Source: a virus. From it: a DNA stretch of 42,349 nucleotides. The notes beneath the pieces were generated by a model. The model had not been told where the DNA came from and did not search any database. It worked only from the letters and a program-made list of their open reading frames with translations. The stretch lies in IMG/VR virus record IMGVR_UViG_3300029248_000015. One strand, given 5' to 3'. Made by a program: the position numbers and the translations under genes. Shown in pieces: positions 30,855 through 38,047 of the stretch; within the stretch, counting starts at the first letter, position 1; the number at the start of each line of letters is the position of its first letter.

Positions 30855-31000
30855 TTTGAAAGGCTACGGCCTTTGTAGAGAGCAGCATTGCCTGTGGGCG
30901 GTTCCGCTCTTGATTTTAGACTTTGCCGTTTTGGCAGCATAAAACTCCCGGTGGTCCGTTTGGAGCATCGGGAGTATTTTTGTTTATATACAATTTTTCA

Positions 31001-31042
31001 AGCGCTCATGCGGATTTTTCCGTGTGGGCGCTTTTCTTTTTT
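31001..31042 (+). terminator. Intrinsic terminator
   Basis: 13-bp stem AGCGCTCATGCGG / CCGTGTGGGCGCT (with G-U pairs), loop attttt, then TTTCTTTTTT. Confidence 0.6.
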
Positions 31043-31120
31043 GTCCTTCGTTTGGCGTTCGTTGTCTCTCCCGGCGGTTTAAAAAAGTACACTGGGCGCA
31101 AAGGGAGGGGATGAGCGCCC

Positions 31121-31498
31121 ATGTGGCACAAGTATAACCCGAACCCTCACGGGAGCAGCGTCGGAGACTGTGCCGTGCGTGCAGTATCTGCAGCCACTGG
31201 GCAGAGCTGGGAGCAGGCCTACATTGGATTGGCGCTGACCGGCTTTGCTCTCGGCGATATGCCCAGCGCCAACCGCACATGGGGCGCATACCTCCAAAAG
31301 CACGGATTCAAGCGCCGCCTTGTCGAAGCGGACTGCACCACCTGTTACACGGTGGCAGATTTTGCCCGGGAGTACCCAAACGGCGTGTATGTACTGGGCT
31401 GCTCCGGCCACGTTCTGGCCGTCATCGATGGCAAGTGGTGGGACAGCTGGGACAGTGGCGCGGAATGCCCGATCTATTACTGGTATAAGGAGGACTAA
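31121..31498 (+). CDS. Cargo protein 1: possible papain-like (Cys-His) fold protein
   Basis: RBS AAGGGAGGGG. ...SSVGDCAVRAVSAATGQSW...GCSGHVLAVIDGKWWDSWDSG places Cys, His and Asp in papain-like order (inference). Confidence 0.45.
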   Translation: MWHKYNPNPHGSSVGDCAVRAVSAATGQSWEQAYIGLALTGFALGDMPSANRTWGAYLQKHGFKRRLVEADCTTCYTVADFAREYPNGVYVLGCSGHVLAVIDGKWWDSWDSGAECPIYYWYKED

Positions 31499-31501
31499 AC
31501 G

Positions 31502-31951
31502 ATGCCGTACAATCCATATGGCTACCAAATGCCAAACTACTACGGACAGCCTATGCCTGACCAGCTCACGCAGCTGCGGCAGAACGCCGGGTATCAGCCG
31601 CCCATGATGAGCCAACCGACAGGGCAAAGCTCCCCATCTACGCCTCCGATCATCTGGGTGCAGGGCGAAGAAGGCGCAAAAGCCTATATGGTCGCCGCAG
31701 GCAACAGCGTGTTGCTGATGGACAGCGAAAACAGCGCTTTTTACATCAAGAGCACCGACGCCAGCGGGATGCCGCTGCCTCTCCGCGTCTTTGACTACAA
31801 AGAACGCACCACGGCGACAAAAATGCCCCCTCAGACGGCGCAGCATCCCGGCGGGGAGTTTGTCACACGGGCAGAGTTTGACGCGCTGGCGGCCCGCTGC
31901 GCAGCGCTGGAAAAACAAGAGCCCGCAAAGCCTGAAACGGAGGTCAAGTAA
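31502..31951 (+). CDS. Cargo protein 2: P/Q/Y/M-rich N-terminus plus conserved IWVQGEEGAKAY...FYIKSTDASGMP domain, unknown function
   Basis: RBS AAGGAGGA. 149 aa. Confidence 0.6.
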   Translation: MPYNPYGYQMPNYYGQPMPDQLTQLRQNAGYQPPMMSQPTGQSSPSTPPIIWVQGEEGAKAYMVAAGNSVLLMDSENSAFYIKSTDASGMPLPLRVFDYKERTTATKMPPQTAQHPGGEFVTRAEFDALAARCAALEKQEPAKPETEVK

Positions 31952-31953
31952 TT

Positions 31954-32181
31954 ATGGCAAATCCTCTTTTTAATGCACTGGGCGGTGGAATGCCTGCCAT
32001 GATGGGCGGACCTATGGGGCAGTTCGGGCAGATGATGCAGCAGTTCCAGCAGTTCCGTGCAAACTTTCAAGGCGACCCGAAAGCAGAGGTGCAAAAGCTG
32101 CTGCAATCCGGCAAAATGTCACAAAACCAGCTGAACCAGCTGCAGGCGATGGCGCAGCAGTTTCAGCAGTTCCTTCATTAA
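31954..32181 (+). CDS. Cargo protein 3: small Gln/Met-rich protein
   Basis: RBS GAGGT. MANPLFNALGGGMPAMMGGPMGQFGQMMQQFQQFRANFQGDPKAEVQKLLQSGKMSQNQLNQLQAMAQQFQQFLH. Confidence 0.6.
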   Translation: MANPLFNALGGGMPAMMGGPMGQFGQMMQQFQQFRANFQGDPKAEVQKLLQSGKMSQNQLNQLQAMAQQFQQFLH

Positions 32182-32244
32182 GTCGTAACCGTGGCCACGG
32201 TTCAAGCATAAAAATCATTCAAAACACACGAAAGGAGTACAAAA

Positions 32245-33027
32245 ATGTCTCTTTCTTCCGATTCTGCGGTTCTGACCATGCCTGTTCAGCCCGCAAACAC
32301 CAACGGCGGCAACGGCTTTGGCTTTGGCAATGATGGCGCATGGTGGATCATCATCCTGTTCCTGTTCGCCTTCTGCGGCGGCTGGGGCGGCAACTGGGGC
32401 AACAACGGCAACGCAGCCACCGGTGCAGGTGTTGTGGACGGCTACGTCCTGACCTCCGATTTTGCGAACATCGAGCGCAAGATGGACAGCATCAACAGCG
32501 GCCTGTGTGACGGCTTCTACCAGCAAGCGCAGCTTGTCAATGGTGTGCAGCAGACCGTGAACAATGGCTTCATGTCTGCCGAGATCAGCCGCGCAAACCA
32601 GCAGGCTGCTTTCATGCAGCAGCTCTTTGCCATGCAGATGCAGCAGCAGGAGTGCTGCTGCGAGAACCGCTCTGCAATTCAGGGCGTCAACTACAATCTG
32701 GCTACCCAGTCCTGCGAGACCCGGAACACGGTGCAGAACACCACCCGGGACATCATCGACAACCAGAACCAGAACGCCCGCGCCATCCTTGACGCTCTGA
32801 CCGCGCAGCGCATCGAGGCAAAGGACGCAAAGATCGCTGAGCAGGGTCAGCAGCTGTTCGCAGCACAGCTTGCGGCATCTCAGGCAGCCCAGAACGAAAC
32901 GCTCAAGGCCTACATGAGCGGTCAGCTGGCCTACTACAATCCTCGCCCTGTGCCTGCTTTCCCGGTTCCTGCACCCTACCAGTACGGCAACTGCGGCACC
33001 GGATGCGGCTGCAACGGTTGCGGTTAA
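32245..33027 (+). CDS. Cargo protein 4: G/N-rich N-terminus with one TM, Q-rich core with CCC motif, Cys/Gly-rich C-terminus
   Basis: RBS AAAGGAG. ...NGGNGFGFGNDGAWWIIILFLFAFCGGWGGNWGNNGNA...QQQECCCENR...YQYGNCGTGCGCNGCG. Confidence 0.65.
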   Translation: MSLSSDSAVLTMPVQPANTNGGNGFGFGNDGAWWIIILFLFAFCGGWGGNWGNNGNAATGAGVVDGYVLTSDFANIERKMDSINSGLCDGFYQQAQLVNGVQQTVNNGFMSAEISRANQQAAFMQQLFAMQMQQQECCCENRSAIQGVNYNLATQSCETRNTVQNTTRDIIDNQNQNARAILDALTAQRIEAKDAKIAEQGQQLFAAQLAASQAAQNETLKAYMSGQLAYYNPRPVPAFPVPAPYQYGNCGTGCGCNGCG

Positions 33028-33098
33028 CCGAATAACGGCAACTGACTGCAAATTGTATGTAGTCTGTTCAGCCCCTGAGCTGATTTTGCAAACCAGAG

Positions 33099-33126
33099 CG
33101 CCGGGGCAGCAGTCCCGGCGTTTTTA
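33099..33126 (+). terminator. Intrinsic terminator inside the cargo cassette
   Basis: CGCCGGG-gcagcagt-CCCGGCG followed by TTTTT. Confidence 0.6.
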
Positions 33127-33146
33127 TTATGAAAGGAGCCGATAAA

Positions 33147-33569
33147 ATGGCTGAATTTAGCAACTCTAACACCGTCAGCGTGGCAGCGGGTGAAAACCTT
33201 CCCCTGACAGAGACCGCGGTGAAAGCGCCTGCCTGCATCGTGCACCGTGAGGGCAGCGGCCTTGTGACTCTGCGAGGCCTGACCAATCAGTGCAAAGCAC
33301 GCTTCAAGGTAAGCTTTGGCGGCAATATCGCCATTCCCACCGGCGGCACTGTGGGACCCATTTCCGTGGCGCTGGCTGTCGGTGGTGAGTCTCTGACCAG
33401 TGCGACCGCCATTGTCACCCCGGCGGCAGTCGAAAATTACTTCAACGTTTTCGTGGCCGCTTTCATCGAGGTGCCGCGCGGCTGCTGCGTGACCGTGGCG
33501 GTTAAAAACACCAGTACGCAGGCAGTCAGCATTGCAAACAGCAATCTGATCGTTGAGCGGGTAGCATAA
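33147..33569 (+). CDS. Cargo protein 5: beta-rich protein, possibly BclA C-terminal-domain (C1q/TNF-like) fold
   Basis: ATG at 33147 after AAAGGAG. Alternating beta-strand pattern, and the ending ...AVSIANSNLIVERVA resembles the BclA ending ...SASIIIEKVA (recollection; weak). Confidence 0.45.
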   Translation: MAEFSNSNTVSVAAGENLPLTETAVKAPACIVHREGSGLVTLRGLTNQCKARFKVSFGGNIAIPTGGTVGPISVALAVGGESLTSATAIVTPAAVENYFNVFVAAFIEVPRGCCVTVAVKNTSTQAVSIANSNLIVERVA

Positions 33570-33585
33570 GAAAGGAGATAAAATC

Positions 33586-33987
33586 ATGCTGGATAAACTG
33601 AATCACCTGAAGGATGAGATGTGCGACGAGCTCATGGAGCTGACCGACAAAAAGAACCGATCTCCGGGTGATGTTGAGATGATCGGCGAGATCGTGGACA
33701 TCATTCTGGACATCCACCGCATCGAGGATTACTGCGAGGGCGGCGAGTACAGCCGTACAGGCGAGTGGGAAGCTGACATGCGCGGATCCTTCAGCCGCGA
33801 TGCCGGGAACGGTTACAACCGGGGCAACAGCTACGCCAACCGTGGCCGTCACTATGTGCGCGGGCACTACTCCCGCACGGATGGCCGTGAGCGCATGATC
33901 TCTGACATCGAGGACATGATGCAGGAGGCCACCGGCGCAGAGCGCGATGCATACAAGCGGGCCGCTGACATCTTGCGCAACGCATAA
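33586..33987 (+). CDS. Cargo protein 6: hypothetical (133 aa), helical ends with a G/R/Y/N-rich centre
   Basis: RBS AAAGGAG. Confidence 0.6.
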   Translation: MLDKLNHLKDEMCDELMELTDKKNRSPGDVEMIGEIVDIILDIHRIEDYCEGGEYSRTGEWEADMRGSFSRDAGNGYNRGNSYANRGRHYVRGHYSRTDGRERMISDIEDMMQEATGAERDAYKRAADILRNA

Positions 33988-34004
33988 GAAAGGGGGCGGC
34001 AGGT

Positions 34005-34331
34005 ATGGATATTGACGAGATCAATGAGCACATCCGCAAGCTCAAGTGCGAGGAAACCAGCTGGCAGAGCGTCAACAAGCTTGCCGCCCTCTGCACCGTG
34101 CGGGACGAGCTGGAAGAAAAACAGGATTCCGCACCCCAGGTGGAGAACGCGCAGGAGCCGAAGCTCCAGGCATACTCTACATCCGGGCCGCCTCAAAGTG
34201 AGTTTGTGGAAGCTGCAAGCGCCGCCCCTTTTGGAGCGCTGATGGATATTCTGGACGAGCATATGAGCGCCATTAAGCTTGTGTATCCCAAGGAATATGA
34301 GCTTGTGATGCGAAAAATAAGGACAATTTGA
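34005..34331 (+). CDS. Cargo protein 7: hypothetical (108 aa)
   Basis: RBS AAAGGGGG. Confidence 0.55.
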   Translation: MDIDEINEHIRKLKCEETSWQSVNKLAALCTVRDELEEKQDSAPQVENAQEPKLQAYSTSGPPQSEFVEAASAAPFGALMDILDEHMSAIKLVYPKEYELVMRKIRTI

Positions 34332-34451
34332 TTGCATCATTGCAATATTTTTGCAAATGTGATAGACTAACCAAAACTCAAGTTCAAACTTCATAAGCTA
34401 ACAATAAGCAAACAAATCTAATTATTATAACGATACGTCGCAAAATAAATT

Positions 34452-34499
34452 TGATTTGTAATCAGTAGGTTACGGGTTCGACTCCTGCCACCAGCTCCA
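34452..34499 (+). other. 3' fragment of a tRNA-Thr(UGU)-like gene; probable attP core
   Basis: TGA-TTTGTAA-TCAGT-AGGTT-ACGGG-TTCGACT-CCTGC-CACCAGC-T-CCA gives the anticodon loop, variable loop, T-arm, 3' acceptor strand and CCA. No D-arm or 5' acceptor strand lies upstream. It sits between the cargo cassette and int. Confidence 0.65.
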
Positions 34500-34507
34500 A
34501 AAATAAA

Positions 34508-34549
34508 CGCACAGACGACAAAAATAAATCGTCTGTGCGCTTTTCTTTT
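34508..34549. terminator. Strong bidirectional-looking intrinsic terminator
   Basis: 11-bp perfect stem CGCACAGACGA / TCGTCTGTGCG, loop caaaaataaa. An A-run lies upstream and TTTTCTTTT downstream. Confidence 0.7.
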
Positions 34550-34609
34550 GCCTGAAATTCCCTGAAATCTTCTGAATGATTATCATAATCTAACAAACAA
34601 TCTAACAAA

Positions 34610-35743
34610 TCAGTACTTCATTTTCTGCATTTCATGCAACAAATAGGCCGGGTCGTTGTGAGAAACGTATTTGTTGGCGGTGGTAGAAAAATTTTTGTGT
34701 CCGAGTATAGCTTGCACCGCGGTTTTTTCCAGACCGCACTCCACCATCTTGCTGCTGGCCGTGTGGCGCAGCGTGTGCGGGTGTACTCCCTCTATATGGC
34801 ACTCCTGCATCAACGCTCGGAATTTTGTAGCCACATTGCGCTTGTCCAGCTTTGTGCCGGCTTTTGACGGTATCAGCCATTCACAGCCGCTGTCCATCAT
34901 CCAAAATGCGATGATTTTGTAAATCGGGTCCAGGATGGGAATAATGCGGTTTTTGCCTGCCTCCGTCTTTTCGCCGCCCTGCATATACCGCTCTTTCAGG
35001 TGCACATCTTCACAGCGCATGGAAAGCAGCTCGTCAATGCGCATACCGGTATAAAGCAGCACCATTGCGATTTGCGCCGTCTGCCCAAACTTCGGGTCAT
35101 TCTGTCGGCTGCTGATCTGCTCGATTTCTTGGGCGGTCAGGGTGCGCTCTGCTTTTCCTGTAGCCGCCGGGAGCTGCAGCAGCATGGCATAATTTTTGTT
35201 TATGATGTCCTGCGCCATAGCCCACTCGCAGATCTGGCTGAAAAGCGTGCGCTGCTTTTCGCAGGAGCTGCGGGAGAGCCCCTTTTCCACCATTGCGTCA
35301 ATGACCTGTTGATAATCTGCCGCTTTCAAGTCCCGCAATTGTCGGTCGTATAGCGGCGAAGCCTTTGCATAGGCCAGCTCGTACCCCTTTTGCATGTCCG
35401 TGCTGAGCTTTTCAAACTTTGGCTGCGCTCTCCATTGGGCATAGGCATCCGCAAAGGTGCATTTTAGACGCGCTGCGGGGGTGTTCTGGGCGTTGTAAGC
35501 GTCCAGCGCTTGTACTGCTTCGCCTGCCGTTTCAAACGTGCCCAGAACATCCCTGCGGGCTGTGAGTGCAACATACGGTCTTGCCCGCTCCCCGCTCAGT
35601 TTATACACGCTGCCGCTACCCTTTGGACGGCGGCGTTTTTTTCTTTGCTGCGGGGCGGCTTCCGGCTGTTTCTTCCCGCACCACGGACAAAAAGAAGCAC
35701 CATCCGGGATTTCCTTCCGGCAGCATGGTCTCACGCATTTCAT
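34610..35743 (-). CDS. int: Tyrosine integrase (phage integrase family) with N-terminal zinc-ribbon
   Basis: MKCVRPCCRKEIPDGASFCPWCGKK. C-terminal catalytic region ...HPHTLRHTASSKMVECGLEKTAVQAILGHKNFSTTANKYVSH carries the R..H-x-x-R..Y signature. Confidence 0.9.
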   Translation of the reverse strand: MKCVRPCCRKEIPDGASFCPWCGKKQPEAAPQQRKKRRRPKGSGSVYKLSGERARPYVALTARRDVLGTFETAGEAVQALDAYNAQNTPAARLKCTFADAYAQWRAQPKFEKLSTDMQKGYELAYAKASPLYDRQLRDLKAADYQQVIDAMVEKGLSRSSCEKQRTLFSQICEWAMAQDIINKNYAMLLQLPAATGKAERTLTAQEIEQISSRQNDPKFGQTAQIAMVLLYTGMRIDELLSMRCEDVHLKERYMQGGEKTEAGKNRIIPILDPIYKIIAFWMMDSGCEWLIPSKAGTKLDKRNVATKFRALMQECHIEGVHPHTLRHTASSKMVECGLEKTAVQAILGHKNFSTTANKYVSHNDPAYLLHEMQKMKY

Positions 35744-35746
35744 GGC

Positions 35747-36334
35747 TTACTCCTTTTTCTGCCCGATATATCCGAATGCACCATTTTCAGCAGCGGCCCT
35801 TCCGGCCTTGTAGTTGATTTTCAGGTCGTTAATGGGAGGATGCGGAGCGTCCGGGCATGGGTCAAGGCCAGCAATCTGCGCATAGGTATACTGGTCTATG
35901 ATGGTCCCGCACACGCTGACCCGGTTGTTGAGTGGGCAGTGCAGGTTTGCTGCCATCTCGGAGATCACCGCAGGCGGACTGCTGCCGTGTCGGCCCTTCA
36001 GAATGAAAAGCAGCAGTCGCTTCGTGATGGGCGGCAGAGCCCTCATCAGCAGATGCAGCTCCCGATCTACAGAATCTTCCAGCCTTTCGATGTCGGAAAC
36101 CGCATACAGATCTGGGTGCATCATCTCCATGAACACCGTGATGGGAGACACCCCGCACGCAGCGCACCAGTCCATGATCTCGTCACTGTCCGGGCTGGTG
36201 CAGCCTTTTTCCCAGCTCTGCACGGTGCGCTCTCCTTTTTCGATGCGCCTTGCGATCTCCACTTGACTCAGGCCAGCAGACACCCGTGCTTTTGCAAGCG
36301 CTTTCCCGATTTGGCTCGCCGTAAAATAACTCAT
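35747..36334 (-). CDS. XRE-family HTH protein with unknown C-terminal domain (co-oriented with int)
   Basis: ATG at 36334 after GGGGGCGAAAG. ...ARVSAGLSQVEIARRIEKGERTVQSWEKG. Ends 3 nt before the int start. Confidence 0.75.
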   Translation of the reverse strand: MSYFTASQIGKALAKARVSAGLSQVEIARRIEKGERTVQSWEKGCTSPDSDEIMDWCAACGVSPITVFMEMMHPDLYAVSDIERLEDSVDRELHLLMRALPPITKRLLLFILKGRHGSSPPAVISEMAANLHCPLNNRVSVCGTIIDQYTYAQIAGLDPCPDAPHPPINDLKINYKAGRAAAENGAFGYIGQKKE

Positions 36335-36372
36335 ACTTTCGCCCCCGTAAAACCAACGTGTTTTTAACAGAA

Positions 36373-36399
36373 AATGGCGCAGAAAAAATCTGCGCCATT
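36373..36399. promoter_or_regulatory. Perfect 11-bp palindrome AATGGCGCAGA-aaaaa-TCTGCGCCATT in a divergent intergenic region (operator candidate)
   Basis: Seen directly. Lies between the XRE gene (-) and small + strand ORFs. Confidence 0.5.
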
Positions 36400-36492
36400 C
36401 GACAAAAAATATCCGTATTTTGTTTTCCAACGGCGCATGGTAGAATTTGGAACATAAGACATAAATATGCACAAAAGAAAGGGGAAAACAAA

Positions 36493-36603
36493 ATGGATTT
36501 TGAGCAGAGAAACAGTAAAGAAGTTGAAACGACCATCATCGACGGAATGCCCGCCAGCATCCTGACCGGCACCGAACGCACCCCTGCACCCTGGGAGGAA
36601 TGA
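36493..36603 (+). CDS. Small ORF (36 aa)
   Basis: ATG after AAAGGGGAAAACAAA. MDFEQRNSKEVETTIIDGMPASILTGTERTPAPWEE. The upstream part of the track ORF has no support. Confidence 0.4.
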   Translation: MDFEQRNSKEVETTIIDGMPASILTGTERTPAPWEE

Positions 36604-36606
36604 GTT

Positions 36607-36819
36607 ATGAAAAAGCTGTCACACTTTCGCACCCATGCCCGTGCCCTGCTGGCCTGCTATTTGGATATGACCCCGGAGCAGCAGCGCCTTGCTCGCGCTT
36701 ACATTCAAGATAAGGCCCTGCCGGAGGTGCAAGCCCTGCGTAACGCAGCCGGTACGCCCGGCGGGGCGCTGGCCGCTGACTTGCTGCAAAATTTGCAGCA
36801 GCCTTGCAACCGCGAATAG
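36607..36819 (+). CDS. Hypothetical protein (70 aa)
   Basis: RBS GGGAGGA. MKKLSHFRTHARALLACYLDMTPEQQRLARAYIQDKALPEV.... Confidence 0.5.
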   Translation: MKKLSHFRTHARALLACYLDMTPEQQRLARAYIQDKALPEVQALRNAAGTPGGALAADLLQNLQQPCNRE

Positions 36820-36832
36820 CAACGTGCATATT

Positions 36833-36863
36833 TTGCACATTGCTTGTGCAAAACGCGTTTTTT
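36833..36863 (+). terminator. Hairpin TTGCACA-ttgct-TGTGCAA with a nearby T-run
   Basis: The T6 run begins 6 nt after the stem, so this is weaker than the other terminators. Confidence 0.35.
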
Positions 36864-36941
36864 CCGAAAATAAGCTGAAATGTCAGCGTAAATTCACGTT
36901 TTCAGTGGATTTTTCCGCCGAAAACAGTACACAAATGGGGA

Positions 36942-36970
36942 TTGACGGAAACAACCAGCGGTTTTATAAT
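36942..36970 (+). promoter_or_regulatory. Near-consensus promoter TTGACG-17-TATAAT pointing into the 3' end of a convergent gene
   Basis: aTTGACGgaaacaaccagcggtttTATAATatgg. No credible + strand CDS lies downstream. Confidence 0.4.
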
Positions 36971-36986
36971 ATGGTTGTAAACAGAT

Positions 36987-37958
36987 TTAAGCAGCTTTAC
37001 GGCCCTCAGCTTTACCCGAGTTCAGATAATGCTCGTAGTATTTTTGATTGTTATCGCCAAAAGCTGCAACCAGATCGGCATTATTTGCTTTGTACGCGGC
37101 GAGGTTAAATTCGGCACTACCCTGACGGCCCTCTTTCATGCCGCTGGTCACAAAGTGCTCGAGATATTTCCATTCGTTGTCCCCGTACAAAGCGGCCAGA
37201 TCGGCGTTGTTTGCTTTGTAATATTCAAAATTGTAAACAGGGCTGTATGCTTTAAGCATAGCAAAATAAGGGATATAATCAGGCTCTTTGCGGAAGTTTC
37301 CGGAGTACAAAGCTTTCTGGGAAATGGTCTCCTTGCTGCCATCCATGTACTCAACAACAGCCTGAGTAACGGCAATTTCTTCGATAGTTCCATTGTACCA
37401 CAGGCAATCCCATTCAACAGCCGTGTCATAAACAGCGTTCTGAATTTCAGATTCAGAAAGGTACGTCAAAGGATCACCATATTTTAAGCCATCGCTATAA
37501 TACGCATTCCAGTAATATGGGTTGCCGTACTTATCAAGCAAAATTTTGTTATTATGTCGCTCTCCAACATAAACATAATAGTCCGTTGTAAGTTGCGTTT
37601 GCTGTGAAAATGGAGTGCCACGCTTCGTGCTATCATCAAACGTTCCAATGATGCCGGAAGTGTTTAAGGATGTTGGGTAAATCGGGCCTACAAGACGTGC
37701 CTGTGTAGCAGAATAACCGCGAATGGAGCAAGACACCTTATCTCCAACCGCGTTCATGGGGACAAGAGTGAACGTTACATATTTGATGGTTTTGCCGGAA
37801 TTGTTTCGGAAACAGATGGTCGGTGTCACACCATTTGCGGAGTTTACAGAAAAATATACATCCGTAAGCTCTACGGACGGTTTTGCCGCAACCGCCGCCA
37901 TTGAAAAGAGTAACAATGTGCATAGTGTCAGAGCAAGTGAAATCAGTTTCTTTTTCAT
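36987..37958 (-). CDS. Secreted protein (signal peptide) with two C-terminal ~35-aa repeats, in a low-GC moron
   Basis: ATG at 37958 after GAGGTGG. MKKKLISLALTLCTLLLFSMAAVAAKP. Repeats are YYKANNADLAALYGDNEWKYLEHFVTSGMKEGRQG and AYKANNADLVAAFGDNNQKYYEHYLNSGKAEGRKA. A sampled 60-nt line has about 37% GC. Confidence 0.75.
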   Translation of the reverse strand: MKKKLISLALTLCTLLLFSMAAVAAKPSVELTDVYFSVNSANGVTPTICFRNNSGKTIKYVTFTLVPMNAVGDKVSCSIRGYSATQARLVGPIYPTSLNTSGIIGTFDDSTKRGTPFSQQTQLTTDYYVYVGERHNNKILLDKYGNPYYWNAYYSDGLKYGDPLTYLSESEIQNAVYDTAVEWDCLWYNGTIEEIAVTQAVVEYMDGSKETISQKALYSGNFRKEPDYIPYFAMLKAYSPVYNFEYYKANNADLAALYGDNEWKYLEHFVTSGMKEGRQGSAEFNLAAYKANNADLVAAFGDNNQKYYEHYLNSGKAEGRKAA

Positions 37959-38047
37959 GATAACCACCTCATAAACAAAAATAGGCAGCCAAACAACTGC
38001 CGAAAAACTTAAATTATCAATGATCTATGCCAAAGGAGGAAAATAAA

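Noticed and set aside
37029-37487. 152-aa + strand ORF downstream of the consensus promoter at 36942.
   Set aside because: It is entirely antisense to the well-supported secreted-protein gene, has no RBS, and has the hydrophobic low-complexity composition typical of AT-rich antisense frames.
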